DNA of 64,000 nucleotides, from positions 3,301-67,300 of the forward strand of contig JAAOMT010000618.1 of assembly GCA_016748015.1 (NCBI GenBank), given 5' to 3'. The notes under the pieces were generated by a model, which was not told where the DNA came from, made no database searches, and was given only the letters and a program-made list of their open reading frames with translations. The stretch's first letter is position 1, and each line of letters opens with the position of its first letter. Position numbers and translations under genes: made by a program. Shown here in pieces: positions 13,482 to 26,934 of this stretch. The stretch is from Geosiphon pyriformis uo1 (taxonomy: Eukaryota > Fungi > Glomeromycota).

Positions 13482-13989
13482 TAAAAGTGGTGCTCCTTGT
13501 GAGGTTGTCAAAATCTATTTTGTTTCTTATTATATGAATAATTATTTATATTTGTCACAATAATCAGAAGAATACTTTAAAGCACACAATAAAAATAATC
13601 TAGACTTTATTAAACTTAATTCTTTGCCCTTTTGCTTGATTTGCTTCTCTATTGAAAAACAATCTAGTAGACAATTCCAAAACTTTTAGAACTTGTTCTT
13701 AAACAAGTATTTAACTAAAACTTATACAGCTTATACAACCTATTACTTTAACCAAGCTTATCTTGAAAACAACTTTAAAGAAAAAACAACAGCATTAATC
13801 AGCTTTTATATTAAACAATAATATCCTGATTTTGAATATCTAAATTACCAAATTTACATCTGGATTGCTGCTCACCACTTAACTGAAACTTTCTTTGAAA
13901 CAGAAGAAGAAAGTTATCAAATTGCTCTTGTTTTTGATTTTTTTTTAAGTAAATCAGAACACTCTACACAAACAGTTATTTCTAAACCA

Positions 13990-16900
13990 ATGGCTAATGA
14001 CCCTATACAACAAAATATTTTAGTCACTCTTCAAAACATACAAACTGCTTTAAGGCAAAAAAACAATATCTCATTACTATTATTCAGAAGTAATACACAA
14101 GATCTAATTAAATGGTTGGATGACTTTGAAAGAACTGCTACAGCCAATCAATATAATAATAAATACAAATTCAAACTCATTGATGGCTATCTTCAAGGCT
14201 CTTCTGCTACTTGGTTTTTACAAAAAACCAATGCTAATGCTCAGCAAAGAATTATTAAATGGACATCAACAAATACTAGAGAAAACAACACCTCTTTTAC
14301 TATCTGGTTTGAAATAAAATTTAGAACTCTTATTTTAATATCCAAATAATACATGAAATTAGAAAGAAAAACTCAAGATCCTGGTGAAGTTGTAACTAAG
14401 TATGTCAAAGCAATCAGAAAGTTAATTAAGCAAATAGACTTTGGAAAGAATTAGACAAAAAAACAAAAGATTTATTCCTTTACAAAAAGATTAAAAACTG
14501 ATCTTTCCTATGCTTTTTGGTCTCTTCTGGCTCTAAAAAATAATCTTACAATAGATATGGCTATTGAACTTGCCCAGAAAATAGAAGACAATCAAAAAAT
14601 ACATCTAAGATCTATACTTCTAGTTTTTGTTTTTGCTCTTGTTATGGCTCCTGCTCCCCAAATAGTTGCTACCTCTTTTGCTGTCCAAATTCAAGACCCA
14701 AATGAACAGTTGATAGATAAACTCACAGCCAATCTTGTCTAGTTACTGGAACTCTTAGTCCAAGCAATCAAAAATAATTAACAATCACAAAGACCCAGAT
14801 TTGAACCCCATTTTAATCAGCCTCAGCAACTTCCTTATCAAAGACAATAAAATTGTGGCCCATTTGTATGTTATCACTGTAAATTAACTAAACATTTTTT
14901 CAGAAATTGTAACAATTTTTCTTTGTCTTTTCCAGCTTCCAAAAACAATAACAATCAAAACAACAGAATCATTAATAACAATGTCTCTAATCAAAGATCT
15001 AATCATGCCAACATTAATTTCTTTGGAAAGAATCTCTTAGTTAAAGCCACTGTTTATTAGCCTTTAAACTAGTAGACATATCTTCAAAGGGTAAGAGTAC
15101 AAGCCAACCAAAAAAAAACTCTTTTTATGCTTTTAACTTAACTGATGATAATCATAACATGAATGAACTAGTAATCAACACTTCTGAATCAACAAAAAAA
15201 AAAAAAAGGCCAAGATTAATTTCGTTTTAGACTCAAATAAAGCATTTACATCAACTGCTAATAACAATAAGCCACCAAAGACTAAAGTTTTTAAGAATTT
15301 TTCAAAGCTAGAATCCTTAAAAATTGTACAAAAATCTGGTCTTTATTCAGTTGTCAAAGATCTTATAAAAACCCCAGTTCACATTACTTTTGGCCAATTA
15401 ATGATTCAGAAAAGACCTTCACAAATCCTTGATCTTAAAAAAAAAGACACTAAAAACCAACAAACACTCTTGTCAAGCTGAACTTACTGACAACAGCAAT
15501 ATTATCTTTCTTATTTGCAAGACCCAAATGGCTGGTTATTTTATTGACTTGATCTTAAACAGTGAATCATTTGTCAGTATAATTGCCAAATACTTTCTAG
15601 AAACTATTAGAAGAAAGATTAATAAATCTTCTATCTAGCCTATGATCAATGTATATGGTAACAAGAAAAAAGACCTGGGCATAGCCAAAACTGTTTCTGT
15701 TTGGATTAACAGCATTAGCATTAAAACTGACATAGAAGTATCTAAAACAAAAGAGTATACTATAATTGTTGGCAATAAGTGGCTTAAGAAAACCAAAGTA
15801 CTACTTGACTATAAACTTTATAAGCTAATCATCAGATATGATAAAAATCTCATTGTGGTTAAGTATTATTATTGGACAACTCTTTCAGTACCCAAACAAA
15901 ACCAAGAAAAAAAACAATTAGATGAATCAGATAATAATGAGAGCGATAAAGAAAAAGATCAAAAAGAACAAGAAAAAACTGCTGAATTCATCTATACTAT
16001 TTTCACCAATAATAACAAGTCATTAGATAAAATTAAAGCTGACAAAAAAGAAATTATTGTAAATGGCAAGCTGATTTACTGCTCTACTATAATGTTTTCA
16101 GAAAAACTTTTGATAGAAAATCTGGCAAAAAAGCCAAATACAGTTATTAGTAGTATGGTCCTTATGTCAAGTGCTAATACAATAAATCTTTGTATTCTCC
16201 TAGTAATGAATATAAGTTCTGCCTAATCTATTATAAATATTGGGAGCCAATTAGTTTAATACCCAGAAAAAAAATAAAAGAAATACAGAAGTCCTTTGAG
16301 AATAAATTATCTAAGATCTAATCACTTACAATAAAATAAAAAGAACTCTTTTCTAAAGAAAAAAAAGTAGACATTGAAAATCTGTTGGCTAAAAATAGTC
16401 CAGTTATCTCAAAACAAGGTAATATCTTTAGATAAACTCATGTAATACAATACACTATCACCATTAGAGAAACTCATCTTATCTATTTGAAGTTTTATTA
16501 ATTCAATTGACACAATAATAAGTTTATCAAAAAAGAAATAACCTGAATAAAAAATCTTGGATTTATACAAGAAACCAAATGGGCTTTTCCAGTTGTAGTA
16601 ATATCCAAGAAAGATAAAACCCTATGTTTCTGTGTTGATTATTATCAATTAAATGCCATTACTATAAAAGACATATATCTACTTTTCAAAATTAATATAA
16701 TGCTAAACAAATTTAATAGTGCTGCTTTTTTTTCAACTATTGACTTAACTACTGGATTCTGCCAAATAGAGATAGATCCAGAAAGCAGAAAGAAAACTGC
16801 TTTCATTATTAAGTATGGTATCTATGAATTCACAGCTATGTCTTTTGGTTTTACCAATGTCTCTTTTATTTTTCAATGCCTAATGAACAAAGTGTTTAAA

Positions 16901-17737
16901 TCAGTAAAAAAAAACTTTGTTTTAGTCTATTTGGATGACATAATTGTATATTTAAAAACTTGGGATAAACATCTAGAATATTTACAAAAGATTTTTGACC
17001 TCCTAAAAAATGCTGGTCTTAAGATAAATCCAATCAAATTTTTCTTTAGATAACAATCCACCCAGTTTTTTGGTTATTTTATTACAAAAAATGGAATCTT
17101 TCTTGATCTAGCTAAAGTTGAAAAAATTCAAAACATTAGACAACCAATGAATGTTCCTGAACTATGCTCTTTTTTTGGTTTGGCTTCTTACTATCACAAA
17201 TTTATCAAGGATTTTTATAAAATTACTTTTTCTCTTAATTAGCTACTCAAAAAAAATGTTAATTATTACTGAAGCACTTATTAACAAAAAGCTTTTAAAA
17301 CACTGAAGAAAAAACTTGTTACTGAACTAATCTTTAAGCAATCTAACCTAAACCAACTTTTTATTCTCTATATTAATGTATCTGGCTATGAACTTGAAAC
17401 TGTTTTCTCACAAAAAAATGAAAATAGCAAGGAACATGCTATAGCATATGTTAGTAAATCTCTTACATCAGCAGAAAAAAACTATTCAGTTACTGAACAA
17501 AAATGCTTAGTAGTAGTTTGGACTACTAGTTATTGGGATCAATATTTTTTTGGTGTGAAATTCCTAGTAGTAACAGATCATCAAGCCTTGGTTTGGCTGT
17601 ATAACAAAAAAAAGCTGGAATATAAATAGATAACTTATTGAATACTCTATCTAAATGAATTTAACTATAACATTTAACATTACAAAGGAGCTAATTATCA
17701 AAATGCCAATGCTTTCTCCAGACTTACCATTCAGTAA
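13990..17737 (+). pseudogene. element A gag-PR-RT-RNaseH
   Basis: Gag DLIKWLDDFERTATANQY, PR LILNSESFVSII, RT KTAFIIKYGIYEF...VYLDDIIVY, RNaseH ...NANAFSRLTIQ*. Confidence 0.85.
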
Positions 17738-17801
17738 TAGTACAACTTTTCAACCAAACCAACTTAAATTATTAGTAACTCCCTTATAAACAAACACAAT
17801 A

Positions 17802-19080
17802 ATAGACTTAGACAACTACTCTGCCTTAATAAAATTTTTGGATAAAAGACAATACTCACCAGACTACACTCAACAGCAAAGAGAACATTTGTGTAAACAA
17901 TCAAATTTTTATTTAATCTACTAGAACCAGTTATATAAAAGAAACAAAAAAGATCTTGACTATTTCCAAAAAATTATCAGATTTGAAAAATGAGAAATTG
18001 TAATATATAATATGCACATTAACTCATTAATTAGACACTTTAAAAAAACAAAAACAATTCAGAAAATCTTAACTCACTATTATTAATCTACCTTGGGAAA
18101 AGACATTGCTAAGTACATTAAAATCTATGACATCTGCCAAAGAAAAGACAAATCCAATCAAAAAAAAAATATCCATCCAATTTCTGTTGGTCAACTATTT
18201 GATAAAATATTGTTGAATCTTTAACAATAACTTCTAAAGGCAATAAATATATTATTATAACTACTGACTATTTTACAAAGTGAGTAGAAGCAAGAGCCAC
18301 TCCAGACTAAACAGCAGTTTCAATAGCCAATTTTATTTATAAAGATATTATTTGCTGTCATAGCTGCTCCAAAAAACTTTTATCTGATAGAAAAAGAGCT
18401 TTTCTTAGTACACTAATTAAAGAACTTTGTAAAAAAATAGAAATATGTCATAAACTTTTCTCTTTTTACCACCTTCAAAAAAATGGTTTAATGAAATATT
18501 TTAATAAAACATTATGTAAAACCTTAGCCAAAACCAGTAAAAAAACAAACTTATAAAACAAAGTACTGTCTTTAGCTTTGTTTGTTTATAGAACTGTAAA
18601 TTATAACATAACAAGTTATAAATTTTTTTATCTGCTCTATGGACATATAACAACACTATCAATAGAAATTGATATTGAAACAATATTCTTTAAAGAAATC
18701 ACAATAGAGAATTATAAAAACATTTTGCAAAGAAAACTTGATACCATTCTTAACTTATTGATAGAAGCACAAATAATTGCCTTTGAAAAGATAAAACAGT
18801 TCTAAGAAAAGCTTAAGAAAAAAAAAACTTATAAAACACTTTTTTTAAGTATTGATGACTTGGTTTTGGAATATTGCTTAAACAAAAACAATGTTTATGA
18901 TAATAAATTCTCTAGCCAGTAGAAAAAATCTTTTATAGTTAACAAAATTTTAAACAATAGTTCTTATATCTTACAAAATTAATATGGAACAATCTTCAAT
19001 GATTGTCTTATTCATAATACATAATTTAAGAAATATTATAAACAATTTGATTAGTTGTTTATTGTGGTAATACCAATTTA
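17802..19080 (+). pseudogene. element A integrase (separate reading frame)
   Basis: Zinc-binding remnant, YIIITTDYFTK, LLSD and YHLQKNGL motifs. Frame is +1 relative to the RNaseH stop at 17735. Confidence 0.8.
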
Positions 19081-19109
19081 AATAATCAGCAAAAATCAAG
19101 TATAAATAA

Positions 19110-19802
19110 ATGCACCATTCCCAAAACAGAAGTATCTTCAATTAACATAAATAATTATTTTCTGGATCAAAACATTTAAAACACTTTCTATACTCTCCAT
19201 GAGTATTAAATCAAAAACTATTCAAATGCTATTCTGACCATTAGAAAACAGACCATTATAACTAATAATAGTGGAACACATACTGTTATTAGATCTAAGA
19301 AAACCACTACCAGAAAAAAAAAATTGGTAACAAAATAGATAAATATTTATTGAAAAATATAACAGCAGTTATACTCTCACTTTACAGCACAATTAAAAAA
19401 ACAATTCAAAAAATATTGTACATAGACAAAAACTTGTCATATAAAAAGCAACTAGAACTTTATAATCACTTTAGTAAAATTATAGAAAATATGAAACTCT
19501 TGAAAAAAACAACTTTAGAGATACAGATAGAATTTTTGAGCATTATATGGTTAGATATTCTAAGAGTTTTAACTATTGCTAAAAGAGCTAAAACTCTAAT
19601 ACAAAGATTTGGTCTCTTGGATACAAAATTTATTTCACCTCAAGTATTATATACTTTATTTACAAAAGGCTTCAACAAACTAGTTAGCTTTAAGTTAAAC
19701 AAAACTTTTCAAATAGATTACATTATAAATAACTTGATTTTGCTGGAACTCAATCTCTTTGAAAAGAATGATATTATGATTGAAACTCATACTTTTTATT
19801 AA
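19110..19802 (+). pseudogene. element A ORF3 (unknown protein downstream of IN)
   Basis: A 150-codon open stretch (19350-19802) runs through the PPT into the 3' LTR and ends ILLELNLFEKND..., like ORF3 of D. Confidence 0.55.
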
Positions 19803-20555
19803 TTATTACATATATTAATCACTGATGTCATATAATTAGCCACCTTATTTTTAGATACTGATTATTGATCTGATCAATAACCTGATCATTAATCTAATTA
19901 TTGACCTGATCATTAACTTGATCATTAATTTGATTATTGATCTGATTATTAACCTAATCAATGACCTAATTATTGACTTGATTATTAATTTGATTATTGA
20001 TCTAGTCATTAACTTGATCATTGACTATTTTTAATAGCTATATAAACAATAAATTTTTTAGCTATAAAAATACATGTCAGAAATCAATGAAATCAAATAA
20101 ATAAAATAATAACTTTTATCTTAATTCTTCTCTTATTGCTAATTTTTTTTTCTTTACCTTCAAATATGCAAACATCTTAGAATAAAAGATTGTTTGTTAT
20201 TTTCTACTCTTTTTTTGAAATATGTAATTGTAGCATTTAAAAATTATTGAATAAAACATGACTAAAAAGTATATCTAATATCTAATATTAAATTTTAAGA
20301 GTGCTAACATGAAACATAGAATTATACCAATATGTAATTATTTATTAACAGTATAGACTATCTTTTTACCTTCAGATTCTACAGTTATTTTTTAAAAAGT
20401 ATAGCAATTGAGATATTTTATGAGATTGATTTCACACATTAAATCTATACTTATTCAATTCACTCTTTGAAGTTGAATTTTTTTTGATTTCTTTTATAAC
20501 CCTACAATTCTGTTCTCTCTTACTATTCATTAGCTTATTACTCCAACTTGTAACA
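19772..20555 (+). repeat. 3' LTR of element A with expanded 12-bp tandem array
   Basis: Matches the 5' LTR. TGATCATTAACC-like units span ~19858-20026. Confidence 0.9.
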
Positions 20556-20617
20556 ATATTAAGCACCAAGTTATAAGTTTGTTATTTGTTTTAACACCCC
20601 AAATAATTATTTGTAAT
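20556..20617 (+). repeat. remnant 3' end of a B-family LTR
   Basis: AGCACCAAGTTATAAGTTTGTTAT...TGTAATA matches the B LTR end at ~46312-46368. Confidence 0.6.
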
Positions 20618-21693
20618 ATTAAAAAACTATTACTAGTTGTTAAAAATTTACTGGATGAGTTATTTTTACTCTAGTACTTGGTGATACTTTCAAGATCAAA
20701 TTGGTTCATGTTAAAACTGTTTTTTGGTCTGTACATAGTTTTTTGGGTATGAAGTTAGTATTAAAAGACAATGTAAAACTTTTTTGTATAGAGTTTGCTT
20801 CTTAAAGTTCTTTGAATACTGTATTTCTGGTTGAACTTACAAGCTCTGTTTGTTTTGTCACTCTTAAAATTGCCAAGTTTTTGGTAGTTTCTGAATTTGG
20901 TTCTTTTTTTGCTGCTGTTGTGCTGCATAATATGCCCTTGAATATATCTGCTATTAATATTAAGTCAGTTTTTAGTGTTTTCAATAAGGTTTTTCATGTT
21001 GTACTAAAACTTATTGGTGTTTAACAATACATAGTTGTTTACTTTAATAAATTAGATACTGCTGCATCTGTTCTTAATTACTAGTTAGCATTAGTAAACA
21101 AAGATAGTATTTAAATTTTTTTTTTCATAAATTAAAAAGAAACTATTCTGTTTTATGATAAGTTTAGGACCAAGTTGGTCAACTTTTCTTTTGACTGTAT
21201 TGCTTTTAAGATTAGTAATATGATTTTTTAAGTTGGTAGTTGGGCTTGTTTTATTCTTTGTTTATCTGATTTTGGTCATCATTTTCAGTTTGCTCTGGTT
21301 ATATTTGGCTCTTAAGTTGATTTGAATTCTGTAATTGTTAAGACTAGTATGCTAAAAAAATGTTATACTTAGTAGTAAAACTTTTGGTTGTTGGTATTAC
21401 TTTAAATGTCAAAAGATAAATTATTTGGCTATAAATTGTACAGTTTTTTTATCTTCTTCTTTCATGGCTCTCAAGATGTTTAAATTGTATTTTGTGAGTA
21501 ATGTTTTTTATGCTAAAGTTTCTGCTTATCCAGATTTTTTTAAGTTTCCTTTTTTGATAGCTTTTGTTTCTTTTTTTGTAATTGTTAGTAATCTTCTGTT
21601 TTTCTTTTGGCTGGCATCTTTGGAATCTGATTTGGTTAAGTTGTCAGTTTTGGTAAAATTAATTTTTAAATCTGTTAATGTATTGGTTATTGT
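20618..21693 (+). mobile_element. degenerate LINE, ORF1 part (continues at 46369)
   Basis: T/G-rich RRM-like ORF1 remnant with a CCHC-like knuckle near 21390-21440. Interrupted by element B with TSD TTGT/CTGT. Confidence 0.7.
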
Positions 21694-22538
21694 TGTTACT
21701 CATAGAAATATAGAGAATATATATTAACATAGTTATTAACCAATTAGAAATAGATGTAATAAAATGTGGAATTCCAGGATTCCTCTCAGGAATTGCAAAA
21801 TTCTAGGAATTACAAGATTCTCACAAGAAATTGCAGAATTCCAGAATTTCAAGATTCCTCTTAAAAGAATTGCAGGATTCTTGTTGTGAAGAATTGAGGA
21901 ATTTCAATTATGTATATATAGCAGTAGAATTAGAAGCTAAAAAAACAGACCTCTCAGTTTAGATTTCATCTAGACAACTTTTCAAACCACAAATAAATAA
22001 CTGTTTGTTATCTCAAATCCGCTGCCACTATCAACACTTCATGTTGATAGTAATTGATACTTAACCACACTGGAACAATAGCTCTTGATCACAGCTATTG
22101 ACAGAATACTAACTTGTAAATCGCCTTGGCTTATTTCTTTTCTTTTTTTATTTCTTTTTTTTTCTTTATTTCTTGCTTTGATTTTATTGTTGTTTACTAA
22201 CTTTATTGAGGATTAATGTGTGGGGTACTGACATCAGAATAAACATAATTGGTAAAAGACCCAGAAATAAGGGTAGAACACTTAATTGAGGATAGCTTAC
22301 CAGGAGGAATACCAGCCATCAAGCTGAGAAAAAAATTGACAAAATTGTGGTTTTGGGAAGCTACGGATAAAACTATTACCATTGAATCTCTGTCCATTAT
22401 ACAAAGAACTCAACCAAACCCTTCGAATACAAACCTGTCAGACACAAATCTTCAGATTACTATTAACTGCAACTAGATTTGAGCACTAAGTTATGGGTTT
22501 GTTATCTAATTCAACACCAAAAATAGTCACCTGTAACA
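21694..22538 (+). repeat. 5' LTR of element B
   Basis: TGTTAC...GTAACA, direct repeat of 45527-46368. Confidence 0.92.
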
Positions 22539-23712
22539 TTTGGTGCTCTCTGTAAGATATAATTCTACAGAAAACCAGCACCAACACAAATCTAAAAGTG
22601 GCAGAATCAGAAAACATAGGAGCAAATTATCTAGAATTCATGAAATCCTTATTTCAAATCACAACCACATATCAGCAGAATCAGCTTTTAATTTCTATGT
22701 CAACAAAAGAATTGCCTATCTGTTAGGAACATCAATAAATATTGAATCGGCAAGAAAAGCCTTTTACAGTGAATTAATTCAAAATACCAACCTGCCAACA
22801 AATCACAATTTCGCCTCCATTATCATGGAAATCAACAAAGAATTTGAACACCACACACAGCAAAGATATCTCATTACTTATGTAAACAAAGGCAAAGGAA
22901 AACTGCAAACACCAGCAGTAACACCCAAAAAAATACAACCACCTACTTGGAAGAAAACAAAAGTTGAGTTCTCAACTAATCCATTATACCACTATACACC
23001 CGGAAGTGCTATTAATATTATATTTACTGGCATGGTGTTATTCATAAAATATAGAAAGTATATTAGCATATAAATTAGCCAATCATAGGTAGATGTAGGA
23101 AATGTGGAATTCCAGGATTCTTCTCAGAGAAATTGCAGAATTCCAGGAATTGCAAGATTCTCACATGAGGAATTACAGGATTCCAGAATTCCAGGATTCT
23201 TCTCAAAGGAATTGCAGAATTCCAGAAATTTCAGGATTCCTGACATGAAAAATTGAGGAATTGAGGAATCTTAAATACGTATATATAGCAGTAGTATCAG
23301 AAGTTAGAAAATTAGTCAATGAGACTTAGAGTCAATTGATTTGTGGAGTCAATTAGACTTATAGAATCAATTAGACTCGCAAAATCATAATTATTAAAAT
23401 TACAAAAAAAAAATCCTTTAGTGAAATCTTGTAGTTTTAGATTTGATCTAAGCAACCTTCTAGTTCCCAATCATCAAATAAATAATTATTCACTATTCCA
23501 ATCCCCTTGTCACTATCAACACTTCATGTTGATAGTAATTGATACTTAACCCCACTGGAACAATAGCTCTTGATCACAGCTATTGACAAAATACTAACTT
23601 GTGCATTGTTTTGGCTCATTTCTTTATTTTTTTTTCTTTTATTTTCTTTCATTCTTTGATTTTATTATTGTATACTAATTAAGTAAGGATTAAAGCACTG
23701 AGTTATTGACGT

Positions 23713-24695
23713 TGTTACCAGAGGTTTTTGGTTTTTTCTTAACTCTTGTATGTTTTTTGTAATGCTGTTAATTCACGACTATGGGAAGTGTTTGAACCTC
23801 TGATAACTGAATTTTATCTTCAAATTATAGAAGATAATTTGAACTGCTGGGCTTATAAATAGAATGGCCAATTCCATGCCAGTTGCTTTATGTAGTTACA
23901 TTGTAGTAAACGTCAACTCTTTTCCAAGAATTGCTCATCTGGAAGCTCACTAAAAATGTGTAGTTACTTTGCTGTGAAAGTCAACTCTTCTACAGGAATC
24001 TTGTCTATAGGCTACCCTAATGATTATAATAAGAAAATAAAAGAAAGAAAATAAAAGAAATGTAAAAGAAATAGAATTCTGTCAAGGGAAACATTTTCTA
24101 TTCAGGCCTGGAGTCACTAACAGTTTACTGAAATTGGTAGCTAATCAATTTCAAAACATTAGTTGGGTTTTGGAGATTTTTCCAAGTGCAATAATTAAAA
24201 AATTTGGTTTTTTGAATTATTTGATATTTATTTCTTTTTGTGTGTGTAGAAATGGTTTTAAGTAATAAATCTAAAGTAAGATACATTTTTTTGAAGAGAG
24301 AAGCTCTTCTTTTATACAACTTATTGTAACACTATTCTATGAACTTGAACTGTGTTTTTTTTTCTACAATTTCACTGAACTAAAGATACATTTCGGCAAA
24401 CTATAAGTTATTTCTGTAAACTATTAGATATTTCAGTGAACTGTCAATTATTTCGGCAAATTTCTACAAATTTTGGCAAACTTTTGAATATTACATATTT
24501 TAGGGTATTGCATGATTGATCATCGCACTTAGATTACATTTGTGTTATGTACAAATTGGGTTATTAATTAAATAATAATTTCGGACATTTTGCTAATGTA
24601 ATAGGTAATAACTTGAAATAATAATATATGCTAATTAATGATAGGAATAAAGATAATTTCATGCTAAATAATATTTCTAATTTCGTCTGATAACA
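23713..24695 (-). repeat. 3' LTR of element D
   Basis: Near-identical to 32600-33581 and 38148-39135. Confidence 0.93.
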
Positions 24696-25383
24696 TAACC
24701 TCCTCCTCAAGACTGAGCTCTGTTAAAATCCAAGTACTGTCTGTAATTTCCAGATAATAATCCAAAATTATTGAAGAAATTTGGTCTGAAAATTGTTGAA
24801 ATTTCAGTTCTGTGAGCTTTCCAATGTATTGAATCTTCAAAGGTTGTAAAATTGGGTTTTGTAGGACGTTTTCACAGGTGTGAAATAGGTCATAAAGTTT
24901 AAGAGCAGTTCTTAGTTTATAATGACTGTTTGTAGGTCCAGCTGTTGTCTTAAATTCATTGTGAAGTTGTTTCCAAATAGCTTTTTTTGTGAGGTTTGCT
25001 GCTGTAAGCTCCTATTTTCATTTGTAAAGTGTTTTTTCAATGTAGAAATATCTATATATTGGAGTATAGTTGTAGTTTTTTTCATTAAGACACAGTTGAA
25101 GTTTTTGTTGAATAGTAGCATTTGGTGGAATACTAATAGGAATGAGCATTAAGTTTTCTCTTAAAGCAAGCTTTAAAAGTTCTGGCAGGTGAATTCCAGA
25201 ATAACTTCTTGTGTTCTTCTTATACAGGTGATATTTTCGTGAATTTGGGGCTAAATTTGTAACTATTTCTGTTTGGGTATAATTAATGTGGTTTTCAGTA
25301 ACAGTAATGGATAATTCGGATATTGTTTTTAAAACTAACATTAGTTTTTGGGATAATTGTTGAATGTTTTGAGGAATAGTCAT
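24664..25383 (-). pseudogene. element D ORF3 (~239 aa, two in-frame stops)
   Basis: MTIPQNIQQLSQKL...YRYFYIEK...TALKLYDLF...IGKLTELKFQQF...WILTELSLEEEVMLSDEIRNII*. The only interruptions are TGA/TAG codons revertible to CGA/CAG. Confidence 0.7.
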
Positions 25384-25499
25384 TATAAGAGATTTGAAAA
25401 TAAAAGAAAATTATTTTTGGTGTATGGGTTTTTATTATTTTTGCTTTGTTTTTGTGAGATTGTTTCTAAATTATAAGAAGATAACTATAATAATAAATT

Positions 25500-26888
25500 T
25501 AAGTTAAGTGTTCAAGTTGGGAGATTGTTCAATGATGACTATTGGTTCTAAATTTCAGGGAATATCTTCAGGATTGATTAAAGAAGAATGTGTACCAATT
25601 TGTGGAATTAATAGTTCAGGATTGTTTCTGGAATTATAGTGTTTCAAACAATCTCTATGTGCAACTTTTGTTAGGATTTTGTCATTAAGTTTTAGCTTGT
25701 ATGATCCATTGCCTAAGACTTCATGGATAAAGAATGGTCCATTCTATTTATTTTCAAATTTCCCACTCTATTGTTTTTTAGCTTTAGTTCTGTGTAAAAG
25801 AACTTTGTTTCTAATTTTAAATCCATTGGTAACTAGAGACAATTTGTCATCATGCTGTTCTTTTTGTTGAGCTTGGGAGTGTTTAATATGGGTGGCTACT
25901 ATTCATTATTTTCCTTCCAATGTGCTAAGCAGTGTATAGGTTTTTTGTTGTAGTGTTTCCTGAAAGTTGTCTTTATTAATTGGTTGTACTGGGTATGTTT
26001 CCATTGTAAAACTAATTGGTAACATTGCTGTCCTTCCATAAGTTAAATCAAATAGTATGTGTTTTATGATATCTTGTTTTAGTGTTCTATATACTAGTAA
26101 CACTGATGGAATAAAGAAATCCTATTCTTGCTCAAAATCGGTTGAGACTTTGGTTAATGATTTACACAATGTTCTGTTGAAACATTCTACAAGTCCATTT
26201 GTTTGTGGATGGTAGGGCAAAAATAATGGTCTCTTGATATTAAATCGTCCACAAATTTCCTGGATTAAATTGTTCAGAAATTGTGTTCCTTGATTAGATA
26301 AAAGTTCTATTGAGTATCTATGTCTACAAATGATGTCTTTGTAGATAAAGTTTGCTACTGATTTTGCATCTGCTCATTGAATGGCTTGGGCTTCAGGCCA
26401 TTTGGTGAGATAGTCTACAGCTACTGCAATATAATGGTTTCCTTGGTTTGTGATAGGGAGTGGTCTGACTAAATTGATACCAACTCAGTTAAAAGGCTGT
26501 TCAACTTTAATTGGGTTTAAAGGTTCTGTAGGGCAAATTCCTTTTTTTTTTGACAACTATCACAAGACTTAACATATTCATAAATGTCTTTTTTCATTTG
26601 AGACCAAAAATAATATTCTAGTGTTCTCTGGGTGGTGCTGTCTTTTCCTAGGTGTGCTGATAAAGGATCTGAGTGCATGTTATATAAAATAGTTTCTTTT
26701 TTATGTTTTTGTATTAATCTGAGTGGATTGTCTAAGTTTCTGAAGTTTTGATAATAAATCATGTTGTTGTGTAAGAAGTATTGTTTGGCTTGTTGTTGTA
26801 ACCAATGTTTTTTATCTAAGGACCAATCTGTTGGGATTGTTAATGTCTTCAAATATTGTTTAAGATTGTTGTAGTTTTCAGGATTCAT
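25500..26888 (-). pseudogene. element D integrase (own ATG at 26888)
   Basis: MNPENYNNLKQYL...HSDPLSAHLG...CDSCQ, VDYLTKWPEA, SNQGTQF, YHPQTNGLVE, GPFFIHEVLGNGSYKL. Confidence 0.88.
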
Positions 26889-26934
26889 TGTTTGTTGTTT
26901 TGTTGTTAATTCAAATAGGTGTTGGTTTTGTATT

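Larger units (their letters stand above)
12803..20555 (+). mobile_element. Ty3/Gypsy LTR retrotransposon A (degenerate, full length, no dUTPase)
   Basis: LTRs 12803-13481 and 19772-20555, PBS TGGTGCTCCTTGTGAGG 13488-13504, PPT ~19761-19771, 4-bp TSD ATAC/ATAT. Remnants of gag, PR, RT (YLDD), RNaseH and IN, with many stops. Confidence 0.92.

Noticed and set aside
22249-22476. ORFs inside LTRs (also 24125, 33011, 33569, 36393)
   Set aside because: They recur only because the LTRs are repeated. There are no recognisable motifs and the lengths are inconsistent.
24664-25383. ORF3 as a retroviral env gene
   Set aside because: Too short, with no visible signal peptide, transmembrane segment or cleavage motif.
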